Shown here: one piece after another, positions 21,103-32,351 of the stretch
Layout: every line of letters starts with the position of its first letter
Numbering within the stretch: the stretch's first letter is position 1
Source of the DNA: a bacterium
GTDB taxonomy: Bacteria > UBA8248
Reading direction: 5' to 3'
Assembly (NCBI GenBank): GCA_965200245.1
Contig: CBDATS010000004.1
Span: forward strand, 576,001-640,000
DNA length: 64,000 bases
Program-made: the position numbers and the translations under genes
Notes under the pieces: model-generated
Database searches by the model: none
What the model was told of the DNA's origin: nothing
What the model saw: only the letters and a program-made list of their open reading frames with translations

Positions 21103-22257
21103 CTAGCCGCTCTGTTTCGCCATGATGGCGCGGGTGATGTCACCCTCGGGTGTCGTGCCCTCCGGCGAACCGTTCATGCCAGGGAATTTCAAGTGGTTCT
21201 TCACAGGGTCAATGCCCGCAAGCCTTGCCAGCGTGCCACCCAGGAAATCCGCCTTGTCCTGCTTCGTAATGGAGGGATATCCCCATTTTTCCTGGAGTTC
21301 TTCGTCGATGTGCAGCTTGAGAATCGCTTCAACCGACTGATACGGATCCGAAGCGGGCCAGTCGCTGCCCCACACGAAACGGCCGGGACCCACGATTTGC
21401 AGCGTCGTTCCGACCATGTGGGCGAAGCGATGGGGGGCACGCATGAGCCAGGGCAGCAGAATCGAGTAGCTCACGTACACGTTCGGGTGTTTCCACATCA
21501 GCATGATCAGGTCTTCCCAGTAGGGATAGCCGCCGTGGTAGGCCACGATTTTCAGGTCCGGGAAGTCGGATGCCACCTCATCCAGCAGAATCGGAAGGGT
21601 ATAGCGTGTGGGACCCATCCGGATGGTGATGCCGGTGTGGAAGAAGGCCACGATGTCCTTGTCCTGGCACATCTCGTAGGCGGGCCAGAGTCTGCGGTCG
21701 TTGATGGGGCAGTCTTCGGGTTGATAGAACTTGGTGAACTTGAAGTTGTAGTTGTCGTGGAGATATTCCATCTCCCAGAGGAAATCCTTGGTCTTGCGCT
21801 TGGAGAACGGCCCCACGTTCGAGACGCCGATAACGCGGTCGGGGTATTTCTCGATGGCGTCGATGACGTGCTGGTTCGTGGAGAACGGCGCGCTGTCGCC
21901 CGCCGTGTCGATGAACGATTCGCGCATCAGGGCTATCTGGTCTACACCCGATCGGTCCATGTCGGCGATGATCTTGTCGATATGCCAGTCCATGCCCGGG
22001 TGGATGGCCGCCGGCCTGTTGTTCCTGTGGTCGATCCACTGCCACTGGTTGCACATTTTGTGCGCGTACTCGAATGTGCTCGTGCCCTCGAAATACTTGA
22101 TGAAGCGCCGGTAGTCCTCGGGCATCACGTGCGTTTCGCAGTCGATGATATAGTAATCGTTCGCGTCCTCACCCGTCTCGGGATTGGACGGTAAGGGCAT
22201 CTTTGTGTCCCAAGTGGGAGCCACATATTCAGCTTGCGCGGTTCCGTCTGTGCTCAT
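21103..22257 (-). CDS. amidohydrolase family 2 protein
   Basis: IDCETH, FFHTG, AYHGGYP, WGSDWP. Confidence 0.88.
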   Translation of the reverse strand: MSTDGTAQAEYVAPTWDTKMPLPSNPETGEDANDYYIIDCETHVMPEDYRRFIKYFEGTSTFEYAHKMCNQWQWIDHRNNRPAAIHPGMDWHIDKIIADMDRSGVDQIALMRESFIDTAGDSAPFSTNQHVIDAIEKYPDRVIGVSNVGPFSKRKTKDFLWEMEYLHDNYNFKFTKFYQPEDCPINDRRLWPAYEMCQDKDIVAFFHTGITIRMGPTRYTLPILLDEVASDFPDLKIVAYHGGYPYWEDLIMLMWKHPNVYVSYSILLPWLMRAPHRFAHMVGTTLQIVGPGRFVWGSDWPASDPYQSVEAILKLHIDEELQEKWGYPSITKQDKADFLGGTLARLAGIDPVKNHLKFPGMNGSPEGTTPEGDITRAIMAKQSG

Positions 22258-22418
22258 TCTCTCTTACCTCCAGAAGGGTCGAATAAAGAAAGCGAAATCA
22301 TCGCGTTCCGCTCTATGATGACGAACACCATTTGCTCAGAAACAAAAGAGGCCCTATGTTAGGATGCTCAGGTAATCGTGTAAAGTAGCGTCATCACCGA
22401 AAACGGCGAGAGAAGGTT

Positions 22419-24695
22419 ATGTCCGGCACAACTCGGAAATCCTATACGATCTGCTCCCCCCATTGCGGGAATAATCCGTGCAGTTTTGAGGTTGAAGTAA
22501 ACGAAGGAGAAATTGCCTCGTTCCGGGCGAATCCCAAAATGCGCATCAAGCCCTGCATCAAGGGGTTCCAGTTACCGGACAGGTATCACCACCCCGACAG
22601 GCTCCTCTACCCCATGAAGCGAGTAGGCGCGAAAGGTTCCGGACCGGGCAACTCGAACCGCTTTGAGCGAGTGAGTTGGGATCAAGCACTGGATCTGGTC
22701 GCCGAGGGACTCGAAGCCGCCAGGGAGAAGGGTGGCAACGAATCCGTGATGATGTATCACTACTCCGCCCAGCACACCCTGCCCGGCGGACGCGACGCGG
22801 AACCGGCCACCATCATGCGGCTTTTGAACATGTGGGGCGGCGCAGTGCAACCCTACATGCGTGGCAGCCTCTGTTGGAAGGCCTTCTTGGGAGCGAGCAC
22901 GGACGTATTCGGACACTGGCAGGTGAGCAACAAGCCGACCGATGACTGCGAGTGGATCGTCCTGTGGGGCAACAACCCGGTGGAGACGGGATACCGCGGT
23001 CTCCTCCAGTCCCTGCAAACCGCCAAGAAAAATGGATGCCGCTTCATTGTGGTAGACCCTTTCCGCACGAGGACGGTGGAACGCTTCTGCGATGTGCACG
23101 TGCCGATTCGCCCCTCCACCGACACTGCGCTCGCGCTGGCCGTGCTGCGCCTCATGCTTGCAGAAGACGCATTCGACGAAACCTTTCTCAGGCAAAGAAC
23201 CAATGCCGCCTTCCTTATTAATACTGATACAGCCCGCTTCGTTCGGGATTCGAGCGGTGCACCGCTTGCCTGGGATGAAGAAACCGCCTCGGCCGTAGCG
23301 TTCGACGCTTGCACGAAACAGGCCCTGAGCGGCACTTTCCATGTGAATGGAACCGGCTGCAGGCCCGCACTCGATTACCTGCGCGACGCCGCCGAACCCT
23401 GGACACCCAAACGCGCAGCGCGAGAATGCGGCGTCTCGACGGAACACGTGCGGGCTATTGCAAACGCGATGCGAAACGGAAAAATTATCGTCTATTACGG
23501 TTCCTATCAACGCACCGTATACGGTGAGCAGGCTGTCCGTGCGCTGCACATCCTGAACCTTCTGGCGGGCGCTTCGGGCGGTGTTTTACGCCACGGAGCA
23601 AAAGAAACGGGTTTTCCCTCCGACACGGCGCACGGCACTGGCCTCGCCGAAGTGATGACTGATCGATGGGCCGTCCCGAATCCCGTGAAACGCACCATTC
23701 CGACCGGTCGGATCGGAGAAGCCATCCTGACCCCTGATTCTTACGGTGGCCCCGTGCACGCCGCGCTCGTGATGTGGGGCAACCCGGTCGGCCAGGCCGG
23801 AAATGCGCACAAAACCGAGCGCGCCCTGCACTCTTTGGATTTCTGCGCGGTGGCGGACATCTTCATGACGCCGACAGCGAAATGCGCAGACGTAGTGCTG
23901 CCGGCCTCCACTTGGCTTGAACGCTGCGCAATCACCGGGGGCATGGAGATGGGCAGTACCTTCTATCATCTCGCTCATGAGAATTCACCCAAGCATATTC
24001 TCCTTTACACGCCGGGTGTCATGCCGCCGCGTGGGGAGTCGCTCGATGATTTCGAGATCGTCTGCCGCCTGGCCGAAAAAATGGGTTACGGCGCACATTT
24101 CCCGTGGAAATCATCCAGGGAATGGATTGAAGAACTCCTGGAAGCGGCAAGGACGGACGCACGCTTCCCCTGGTTCCGGGACGTTACGCTCGAAAGGCTC
24201 GAAGTCGAGGGCCAGATTACCCTCGATATCCCGGACGCCGCGCCGCACTGGGAACTCGCCACTCCGCAAGGTCGCGCGCAGGTTTATTTCGAGGACATCA
24301 AACAAAAGACACCGGCTCATTTCTCACCAGAACAGGGTCCGAACGGCACAGGCTACCCATTGCAACTCCTTACGCCGAAAACCTATTTCCGTGCGAGTTC
24401 GACCTTCAACAACGCGAGGAAACTCCTGCGCCACGGCTGGAACGTCGTCACCCTTCATCCGGCCGATGCAGCCGCCCGGGGCATCGGGGAAGGCGACAGC
24501 GTACGGCTTCGGAACGATTTCGGAGAGTCCGTCTTCGAGGCCAGGGTGAGCGAGCGAATTCGCCAGGGAGTCGTGCACGTGCCTGCGGGCGGATTGCCGG
24601 AGGACGGCGCGGCAAATCAGCTCACCGGCGACGCCTTGTCAGAATACGAAAACGCCACGTTCAACAGCTACCATGTAGAGGCTGAGAAAAGCTGA
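22419..24695 (+). CDS. molybdopterin-dependent oxidoreductase (DMSO reductase family)
   Basis: CSPHCGNNPC..CIKG, RLLYPMKRVG, WGNNP, ADVVLPASTWLE, HPADAAARGI; no Tat signal. Confidence 0.9.
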   Translation: MSGTTRKSYTICSPHCGNNPCSFEVEVNEGEIASFRANPKMRIKPCIKGFQLPDRYHHPDRLLYPMKRVGAKGSGPGNSNRFERVSWDQALDLVAEGLEAAREKGGNESVMMYHYSAQHTLPGGRDAEPATIMRLLNMWGGAVQPYMRGSLCWKAFLGASTDVFGHWQVSNKPTDDCEWIVLWGNNPVETGYRGLLQSLQTAKKNGCRFIVVDPFRTRTVERFCDVHVPIRPSTDTALALAVLRLMLAEDAFDETFLRQRTNAAFLINTDTARFVRDSSGAPLAWDEETASAVAFDACTKQALSGTFHVNGTGCRPALDYLRDAAEPWTPKRAARECGVSTEHVRAIANAMRNGKIIVYYGSYQRTVYGEQAVRALHILNLLAGASGGVLRHGAKETGFPSDTAHGTGLAEVMTDRWAVPNPVKRTIPTGRIGEAILTPDSYGGPVHAALVMWGNPVGQAGNAHKTERALHSLDFCAVADIFMTPTAKCADVVLPASTWLERCAITGGMEMGSTFYHLAHENSPKHILLYTPGVMPPRGESLDDFEIVCRLAEKMGYGAHFPWKSSREWIEELLEAARTDARFPWFRDVTLERLEVEGQITLDIPDAAPHWELATPQGRAQVYFEDIKQKTPAHFSPEQGPNGTGYPLQLLTPKTYFRASSTFNNARKLLRHGWNVVTLHPADAAARGIGEGDSVRLRNDFGESVFEARVSERIRQGVVHVPAGGLPEDGAANQLTGDALSEYENATFNSYHVEAEKS

Positions 24696-24710
24696 ATACG
24701 CGTGTGGCAC

Positions 24711-25697
24711 CTAATCATCATGGACTAACCGGGATATTTCTACGTCTTTTCTTGCATAATCCATCAACTCTCCGTTACTGAGCTTGGCAATTTCCTTTAA
24801 GTAGAGTTCTCTGGATTCCTCGTCCTCCAAAAGCACTGCAACACTGTATTTGAAAAATTGGGGTTTTCTGTCTTTGCTTCTATTCGGATATTCTGATTGT
24901 TTCTTTATTTCTTTCAATTCTGCCACATGCTCATCCATTATTCTCTTCATGGATAAATCAGCATATTCTTTCTCTTTCTCGCATCCTACAAAGTTTCTCC
25001 CGTTCCGTATTGCTGAAACGCCCGTGGTGCTGCTCCCCGCAAAGGGGTCGAATATCCAGTCGCCTTCATTTGTTGACGCAAGGACAATCCTGTCGAGTAA
25101 TTCGACGGGCTTCTGGGTCGGGTGTTCCCCATGTTTTTTCTCGGACTTTCTGGGAGGGCCAATCCTCCAAACCGTTTTCATCTGCTTTCCGCCGTTCCGT
25201 TCGTGCATTGCCTGGTAGTTGAAACAGTGTTTTGACTTGTCAGACCTCGCAGCCCAAAGAATAGTTTCCGTGGAATGGGGAAAATACCGGCGAGACAGAT
25301 TTGGGGGAGGATTCGGTTTCTCCCAAGTGACGCTGTTCAGTATCTTCATTCCGAGACATTGCATGACGTATCCCACGGAATGAATGACGTGATGGGTGCC
25401 GGAAACCCATATCGTGCCGTTGGGTTTGAGAAGATTCCGGCATTTGCGGAGCCATTCGAGATTGAATTCATGATTTGCTTCCACGCCCATAGATTTGTCC
25501 CAGCGTCCTTTGTTGACGCTACCCATTTTTCCGGCATGGCCGCTAATTCCATCATTGGACAGAAAATAGGGCGGAGCGGCGAAAATCATGTCATACAAAT
25601 CATCAGGATAGTCAGTCGCCATTTCATCCATCAAGGTCAAGCTGTCGGCATGAAACAAAGTAATACCACTAACTTGAAACGTCGGTTTTGTGTTCAT
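24711..25697 (-). CDS. beta-class DNA methyltransferase (DpnA/MboI-like); catalytic DPPY reads APPY
   Basis: DMIFAAPPYFLSN, HPTQKP, FDPFAGSSTTG. Confidence 0.85.
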   Translation of the reverse strand: MNTKPTFQVSGITLFHADSLTLMDEMATDYPDDLYDMIFAAPPYFLSNDGISGHAGKMGSVNKGRWDKSMGVEANHEFNLEWLRKCRNLLKPNGTIWVSGTHHVIHSVGYVMQCLGMKILNSVTWEKPNPPPNLSRRYFPHSTETILWAARSDKSKHCFNYQAMHERNGGKQMKTVWRIGPPRKSEKKHGEHPTQKPVELLDRIVLASTNEGDWIFDPFAGSSTTGVSAIRNGRNFVGCEKEKEYADLSMKRIMDEHVAELKEIKKQSEYPNRSKDRKPQFFKYSVAVLLEDEESRELYLKEIAKLSNGELMDYARKDVEISRLVHDD

Positions 25698-26119
25698 CTT
25701 TCAATAACTCCAATATCAGGGGAATAAACAAAGTAACGAAAAAGACTTGAGATCAATCACTCAATGAGCCCGGCTATTTGGTGTCCGTCTTCTTGGCTAA
25801 TTTCACATCCCGCAAGAACGCCAATATCTTCCATTGGAGCGGGGAGATGGATATTTTCTTCAAGTTTCGCTTTTGACGGTTGATAAGGCGAGGGTTTTAT
25901 TTCAACTCTAGGTTTGTTTTTGCTTCGTCAATCTCTGTACAAGAAATGCTGTCGAAGATATGAGAGTCAGAGAGAATACCGAGCCCCACTCACGATGCGC
26001 AGTGTATCGCTTGATTTCTTGGCTGAAACCAGACATATCATCTTCACTTGCAACCAACTAAATATGACATATTTGGGGCCGAAGGTGAAAGAACAATCTG
26101 AAGAAAAAGCCACTATGGC

Positions 26120-26285
26120 GGCTTCGCGGAAGCTATACTGTAAAACCAATTCGATGTCTTTGGGAACCGGTATATCCTCTGCACTGGCGTAGCGACGAAC
26201 GTCTGCGTGGAGAGCACGGCGCGCGAGGCCTGTTTCCGCGAATTCCGGCCCATTCTCATCGACGACACGATAAATCACAGCGGAT
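26120..26285 (+). pseudogene. isochorismatase/cysteine hydrolase fragment
   Basis: LCTGVATNVCVESTAREACFREF motif with no intact ORF. Confidence 0.6.
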
Positions 26286-26300
26286 ACAACGCCCGGAGAC

Positions 26301-28681
26301 ATGGAGGAGGAATTGGCGCAGGGAATGTCTGATCGCGACGAAGCTGCCTCCATTCACGCGCGTCTCATGCAACTCGCGGCCGAGAAGGCTGCACTGGAGG
26401 CTCGACTTGCCGGGATCGAAGCTGCGGGACCGGGCATTCAGGATAACGAATGGCCCAAGGAGCCGGTGACGAACCGTTCGCCGACACGCGAGAAGATCGC
26501 GCTGTTCCGATCGCTTTTTCGCGGTCGGGAAGATGTGTTTCCGAAGCGCTGGGAAAATGTCCGGACCGGTAAAGCGGGGTATGCACCCGCGTGTAGCAAT
26601 GAATGGAAACCGGTCACATGCGGCAAGCCTCGCGTCAAGTGTGGTGCCTGCCCCAATCAGGCCTTCCTGCCAGTGACAAACGAGGTGATCGAAAGACACT
26701 TGCGCGGGCACCACATGATCGGTGTCTATCCCATGCTCTCCGATGGTGCCTGCTGGTTTCTCGCCATCGACTTCGACAAACGGACATGGCAGCGGGACGT
26801 GAAAGCCTTTCTCGTGACCTGCCGTTCGAGAGAGGTTCCGGCGGACATGTGTGGATATTCTTCGCTGAACCAGTCCCGGTTGCGGTCGCCCGTCGCCTCG
26901 GCACCCATCTCCTGACCGAGACCATGGAGTGCAATCCCGACATGGGCTTCGAGTCCTATGATCGGCTGTTCCCCAGCCAGGACACAGTGCCGGCCGGCGG
27001 TTTCGGCAACCTCATCGCGCTGCCGTTGCAGCACGGTCCACGAACAGATGGCAACAGCCTGTTCCTCGACGAGCGCTTCGAGCCCCATGCGGACCAGTGG
27101 GCATTCCTTTCCGGGCTTCGGCGCCTGTCTCTGGCAGAAGTGACGACGATCGTCGAGGAAGCGGGTCGGCAGAGTGGAATTATAGGGCTGCGCCTGCCGC
27201 TCAATGAAGAAGACGAAGAGCCCTGGACTACACCCCCATCACGCCTCCGACCGCTGCCGGAGATTGCCGGGCCACTGCCCAAAAGTGTCAATGCCATCCT
27301 AGGCGATCTGATCTACATCCCGCGCGCCGGCCTGCCGCCGCGGCTGATCAATCGGCTTGTCCGCCTCGCAGCCTTCCAGAACCCCGCATTCTACAGCGCC
27401 CAGGCGATGCGACATTCCACGTTCGGTATTCCCCGTATAGTCGCCTGCGCCGAGTTACTCTCCCATCATATTGCCCTGCCACGCGGCTGCCTCGAGTCGA
27501 TGGAGTGCCTGTTCGAGGAATTGGGTATTGACGTGAAACTGCATGATGAACGTTTTTCCGGCCGTCCCGTCGAGACGGCGTTTCTCGCAGAATTGACCCC
27601 GGAACAGAAAGCTGCTGCCGATGCCCTGCTTGCACATGAGAACGGTGTGCTCGCAGCAGCCACCGGGTTCGGTAAGACCGTCGTCGCGGCGTCCACCATT
27701 GCCACCCGCGGGACCAATACACTCGTTCTGGTCCACCGCCGCCAACTCATGGAGCAATGGATCGCGCAACTCGGCGCGTTCCTTGATCTCCCGGTATCTG
27801 AAATCGGCCGGATCGGCGGTGGCAAGCGCAAGCCCAGTGCCACAGTTGATGTCGGCATCATCCAGAGCCTCGTACGCAACAGGGAAGTGGACGATATCGT
27901 TGCCGATTACGGGCATCTGGTAGTCGACGAATGTCACCATCTCTCCGCCGTCAGTTTCGAGGCGGTGGCACGCCGCGCGAAGGCCAAATACGTCCTCGGG
28001 CTGTCCGCGACCGTCACCCGCCAGGACGGGCATCATCCGATTGTCTTCATGCAATGCGGCCCGATCCGGTTCCGGGCAGGCGCGAAGGCGCAATCCCGCC
28101 AGCGCCCGTTCAGGCATCGGGCGATCCTGCGTCCGACATCGTTCGGGATGCCAGCGGGCCTGGACAGGGAGCGACCGCCGATCCAGTACGTCTATACCGC
28201 GCTTGCTGCAGACGAGGATCGCAACACCTTGATTTTCGATGATGTGCTGAACGCTCTCAAGGCGGGACGTTCGCCACTCGTTCTCACGGAGCGCAAAGAC
28301 CACGCGTATCATCTCGCGGAAAAGCTTGACCACTTCGCCCGGAATGTGCTCCTTCTCCGGGGCGGCATGGGGACGAAACAGCACCGTGAGCTCATGCAGC
28401 GACTCAAGGATATACCCGAAACGGAAGAGCGAGTCCTCGTTGCGACGGGTCGTTATATCGGCGAGGGGTTCGACGACGCCCGCCTAGATGCGTTGTTTCT
28501 GGCGATGCCAGTCTCCTGGAAGGGAACGCTCGCGCAGTATGTCGGTCGCCTCCACAGGCTGCATCCAGAGAAGCGCGAAGTGCTGGTCTACGATTATATT
28601 GATGAAGCCATGCCAATGCTCCGGCGCATGAGCGAAAAACGCATCCGGGGCTATCGCAGCCTCGGCTATTCCGTCGAATAG
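26301..28681 (+). pseudogene. primase-like N-domain + SF2 DEAD/DEAH helicase (TOTE-type/ResIII), frameshifted near 26845
   Basis: LFRSLFRGREDVF, GVYPML..CWFLAIDFD, GFGNLIALPLQ, ATGFGKT, DECHH, LSAT, QYVGRLHR split over two frames. Confidence 0.85.
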
Positions 28682-29080
28682 TCCCGGCGGTCGAACCGGT
28701 GGATTGGACCGTCATGGGACCCTTCACATCCTGTTTTGTCGACTCGCCCCGATGTTCGGGATTGAATTCGACAGAAGAGGGAGGGTTCCACCTTTCCATG
28801 CAACGTGCGCGATACCGTATCGCCTGTTTCTCATGTGCACGGCAATCCCGGTCCGGTTTCGGGAGTGTGCGATTGCATCTCTAGTGGGACAGGTAATGGC
28901 CTGTCCGAAAACCCTGGGTTGCATGCGCAAATTCGATTGCGAATGTTGCTGGATGAAAGCTATGATAACGTTGCCTTCGCGCATATCCACACAATCACTG
29001 TTTCCCGGATCCAGCCCGGTTTTCAAGGGTATTCATTCCGGGAATTGGGATTGTCCTCGTTATCCATATGGAGATGAACC

Positions 29081-29989
29081 ATGGAGAAAAGAGTACTCGG
29101 ACGCACTGGTTTGGAGGTCACGGTTATCGGGTTCGGTGCAATGACCATCGGGGGCGTGTTCGGCCCTGTGGATGACGGCGAGAGCAACCGCGCGCTGCAT
29201 GCCGCCATCGATTCGGGCATGAACTTCATCGACACTTCCGACGCCTACGGCGCGGGACACAGCGAGACCGTCATCGGCAAGTTCCTGAACGAGCGTTCCG
29301 ACAAGGGTGATATCCTGATTTTCACCAAGGGTGGGAACGACATGACGACGGGCAAACGCAATTTCGCACCCGATTACATCGCAGGCTGTCTGGAAGGAAG
29401 CCTGAAGCGCCTCGGAGTCGATGCGATCGACTACTACCAGCTTCATAACCCCAACGTCGACAACATGGCGGCCGAGGACAGTTACGCCCTGCTTGAACAA
29501 GCGAAAGCCGACGGGAAGATCAAGCACTGGGGCGTTTCGGTGAACACGGTGGAGGAATGTAATCTGGCTGCGGAACAGGACAAGTCCTCCACTTTGCAGA
29601 TGGAATACAACATTATCAGCCAGGAGGCGGCACCTGCCTTCGCCCGCGCGAAAGAGGCTAACGTGGGCGTGATATCCCGTGTGCCCCTGAAGCGGGGTTT
29701 TCTCTCGGGACGTATCGACGAGGCGTTCGAATTCGCGGAAGGCGACCGGAGAAAAGGCATCCTCTCGCCCGAGAACATCCGCAAATTCCAGACCCAGTTG
29801 AGCCGCACCCGCGAGGTGGCAGACAACCTCGGCATTTCGGCGGCCCAGGCAGCTATCCGCTTCTGTGTTTCGAACGAGAACGTCAGTTGCGTGATTCCGG
29901 GAATCAGAACGCCAGAACAATCTGAACAAAACGCCGCATGCGGGGAATCCCTGCCCGCCGAAGCCGTCAGAAGGCTGCAAGAGGTCTAG
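29081..29989 (+). CDS. aldo/keto reductase
   Basis: LGRTGLEVTVIGFG, DTSDAYG, SLKRLGVDAIDYYQLH. Confidence 0.93.
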   Translation: MEKRVLGRTGLEVTVIGFGAMTIGGVFGPVDDGESNRALHAAIDSGMNFIDTSDAYGAGHSETVIGKFLNERSDKGDILIFTKGGNDMTTGKRNFAPDYIAGCLEGSLKRLGVDAIDYYQLHNPNVDNMAAEDSYALLEQAKADGKIKHWGVSVNTVEECNLAAEQDKSSTLQMEYNIISQEAAPAFARAKEANVGVISRVPLKRGFLSGRIDEAFEFAEGDRRKGILSPENIRKFQTQLSRTREVADNLGISAAQAAIRFCVSNENVSCVIPGIRTPEQSEQNAACGESLPAEAVRRLQEV

Positions 29990-30096
29990 GCAGCGCAAGG
30001 CGTCGAGACACAGTGAGTTTTCGATTTTCGCAGAATGGCCATCGCCCTCGATCGAGGGCGTGACGTTCGCGATACTGGATACTGAAGGAGACGAAA

Positions 30097-30498
30097 ATGC
30101 CTGTGACGAATTGGGACAAACTGCCGACGAAGGTCCCGTTCCCCGGAGTGGAAGTGGGACTCGTGAGCGGAAAGCACTGCATGATCAGCTACATTCACGC
30201 GAAAGGCGGAAATTCCACGCGCAGACACCACCATGAGGCGGAACAGATATTCTGCCTGATAAGCGGATCCGCTCGCGTACAGGCCGGAAACGACCCGGTG
30301 GCGGTGCTAAAGCCGGGCGATGTCTGGTACGTGCCTCCGCACACCGAGCATCAGGCGGATTATCTCGAAGACACGGTGGCCTTCGAGGCTTGCGGCCCCA
30401 TACGCAAGGACAATTTCGCGGGTTACCTGCACCAGGACACGCATTTCGTCGAGCAAAGGGATCTCGCGGCGGACATGGAGAAGGAGCAAGCCGAATAG
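30097..30498 (+). CDS. cupin domain protein
   Basis: HHHEAEQ...PGDVWYVPPHTEH. Confidence 0.88.
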   Translation: MPVTNWDKLPTKVPFPGVEVGLVSGKHCMISYIHAKGGNSTRRHHHEAEQIFCLISGSARVQAGNDPVAVLKPGDVWYVPPHTEHQADYLEDTVAFEACGPIRKDNFAGYLHQDTHFVEQRDLAADMEKEQAE

Positions 30499-30532
30499 AG
30501 GAGGAGTGATCAACGGGCACGGGTAACAGCTT

Positions 30533-30578
30533 TCCAGGCACAGAGATACAGGTGCATACCTGTATCTCTGTGCCTGGA
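30533..30578. repeat. perfect 21-bp inverted repeat with 4-nt loop
   Basis: TCCAGGCACAGAGATACAGGT-GCAT-ACCTGTATCTCTGTGCCTGGA. Confidence 0.9.
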
Positions 30579-30982
30579 GCCCCTGTGGGTCCGATTCGAT
30601 TTACGTGGATTCCGTAGCAGAGGCAGATCGTGGCCTGTCCGAGGTTTATGTGCCTGCAGTTATCTCCCGAAACTGCATGTTGGAAATCATTTCGGTGTCG
30701 TGGTTTGCCTCGATGGAGGCGAATGCGTGCAGGGTTCCTGCACGTGGATAATGGCCCTTCATGTATTGCCAACCCTGAAATGACTCCAATGGCAGTCATA
30801 GTCGTCCATGGGGCAGGGCGGCCTACCGTAGCCGTCTGTATTCGTTTTGACCGCAATCACCAGGACAGTTCTCCCCACATCGCATGAGCGAATCGCCTCG
30901 AAAAGGTATACAATCCCCCCTACAGCACTGGCCGCCTGGTGCCGTCATCCCTTCATTGGTTCCAAAGCGAGGAGGAACAAAG

Positions 30983-31864
30983 ATGGAGCGCAAACAAGCG
31001 AGTGATTTCGACCAGGAATTGTTGGATCTGTTTGATGAGTATGTCCACGGCATCATCGGGCGCAGGGAGTTTCTCGACAGGGCAGCCAAGTTCGCCGTGG
31101 GAGGTCTCACCGCCGTTGCCTTGCTGGATATGCTCTCACCCGACTACGCATTGGCGAAACAGGTCGATGAGAACGATGCGCGTATCAAAGGCGAGAACAT
31201 CGAGTATTCCTCTCCCAAGGGGCACGGCAAGATCAAGGGCTATCTCGTGCGTCCGGCGGACGGGGGCAAGCAAGGCGGCGTGGTCGTGGTGCACGAGAAC
31301 AGGGGGCTCAATCCCTATATCGCGGATGTCGCCCGCCGCGTGGCCGTGGCCGGTTTCACGGCCCTTGCGCCCGACGGCCTTACGCCACTTGGCGGATATC
31401 CCGGCAACGACCCCGACGGCAAGGTCATGCAGCGAAAGCTCGACAAGGGAAAACTGCTGCAGGATTTTTTCGCCGCCTACGATCACTTGAAGGCGAACGT
31501 GAACGGCAAGATAGGCGTGGTGGGCTTTTGCTACGGTGGAGGCGTTTCGAACGCCATGGCTGTCCACAAACCGGACTTGGCCGCCTCAGTTCCCTTCTAC
31601 GGCCGCCAGCCCAAGACCGAAGCCGAAGTCGCCAGAATCAAGGCGCCACTTCTGCTCCATTTCGGCGAACTCGACCGTCGCATCAACCAGGGGTGGCCCG
31701 CCTATGAAGCCGCCCTCAAAAAGCACGGCAAGGAATACACAGCGCATTTCTATCCCAAGGCCAACCACGGTTTTCACAACGACACCACGCCGCGCTACGA
31801 CAAGTCAGCGGCCGAACTGGCCTGGAAACGCACGATAGACTTCTTCCAGGCGAAGCTGGGGTAG
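30983..31864 (+). CDS. dienelactone hydrolase family (YghX-like)
   Basis: [31 protein letters not shown]. Confidence 0.92.
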   Translation: MERKQASDFDQELLDLFDEYVHGIIGRREFLDRAAKFAVGGLTAVALLDMLSPDYALAKQVDENDARIKGENIEYSSPKGHGKIKGYLVRPADGGKQGGVVVVHENRGLNPYIADVARRVAVAGFTALAPDGLTPLGGYPGNDPDGKVMQRKLDKGKLLQDFFAAYDHLKANVNGKIGVVGFCYGGGVSNAMAVHKPDLAASVPFYGRQPKTEAEVARIKAPLLLHFGELDRRINQGWPAYEAALKKHGKEYTAHFYPKANHGFHNDTTPRYDKSAAELAWKRTIDFFQAKLG

Positions 31865-32351
31865 ACGTGCATTTGGGCTTGGAGAAGAAGTTCGTCCGCC
31901 TCGTTCTGATCATCAACGGAATACAGGATCACCTGACCTGATCGGGAACATCTGCACATACTCGAATGCGGTCCTTTGACCGGCAAGGAAGTGTAGGCCT
32001 ATTCCGACGACAGGTACTGTATCTTCAACTGAATCGTTTCGTTGGTTGATGGAGAGGCTCTCGGGACGGACCGTGCCCCCCATGATCGCTGTGGGTCATT
32101 TTTGTCCTGCAGTATTAACTCCACGCCGCGCAGGCGGGTCGGTCGCGTTTCGCAAGAAGCGGACGCGTGGGAAGGTGTTAGATTTCCTGTGTCTCCACTC
32201 TTTTCGTGCAGATTTGCCTATGAAATAGTGACGAGCAGAATCATGGATATCTGTGAGCACATGGGTGAAACCGGGAAAATACAGAAACAGGTAATGTGAG
32301 CACAGGCAATTTCAAGAAAAATGATGGGGTTGCCATTGGAAACGAATATAT

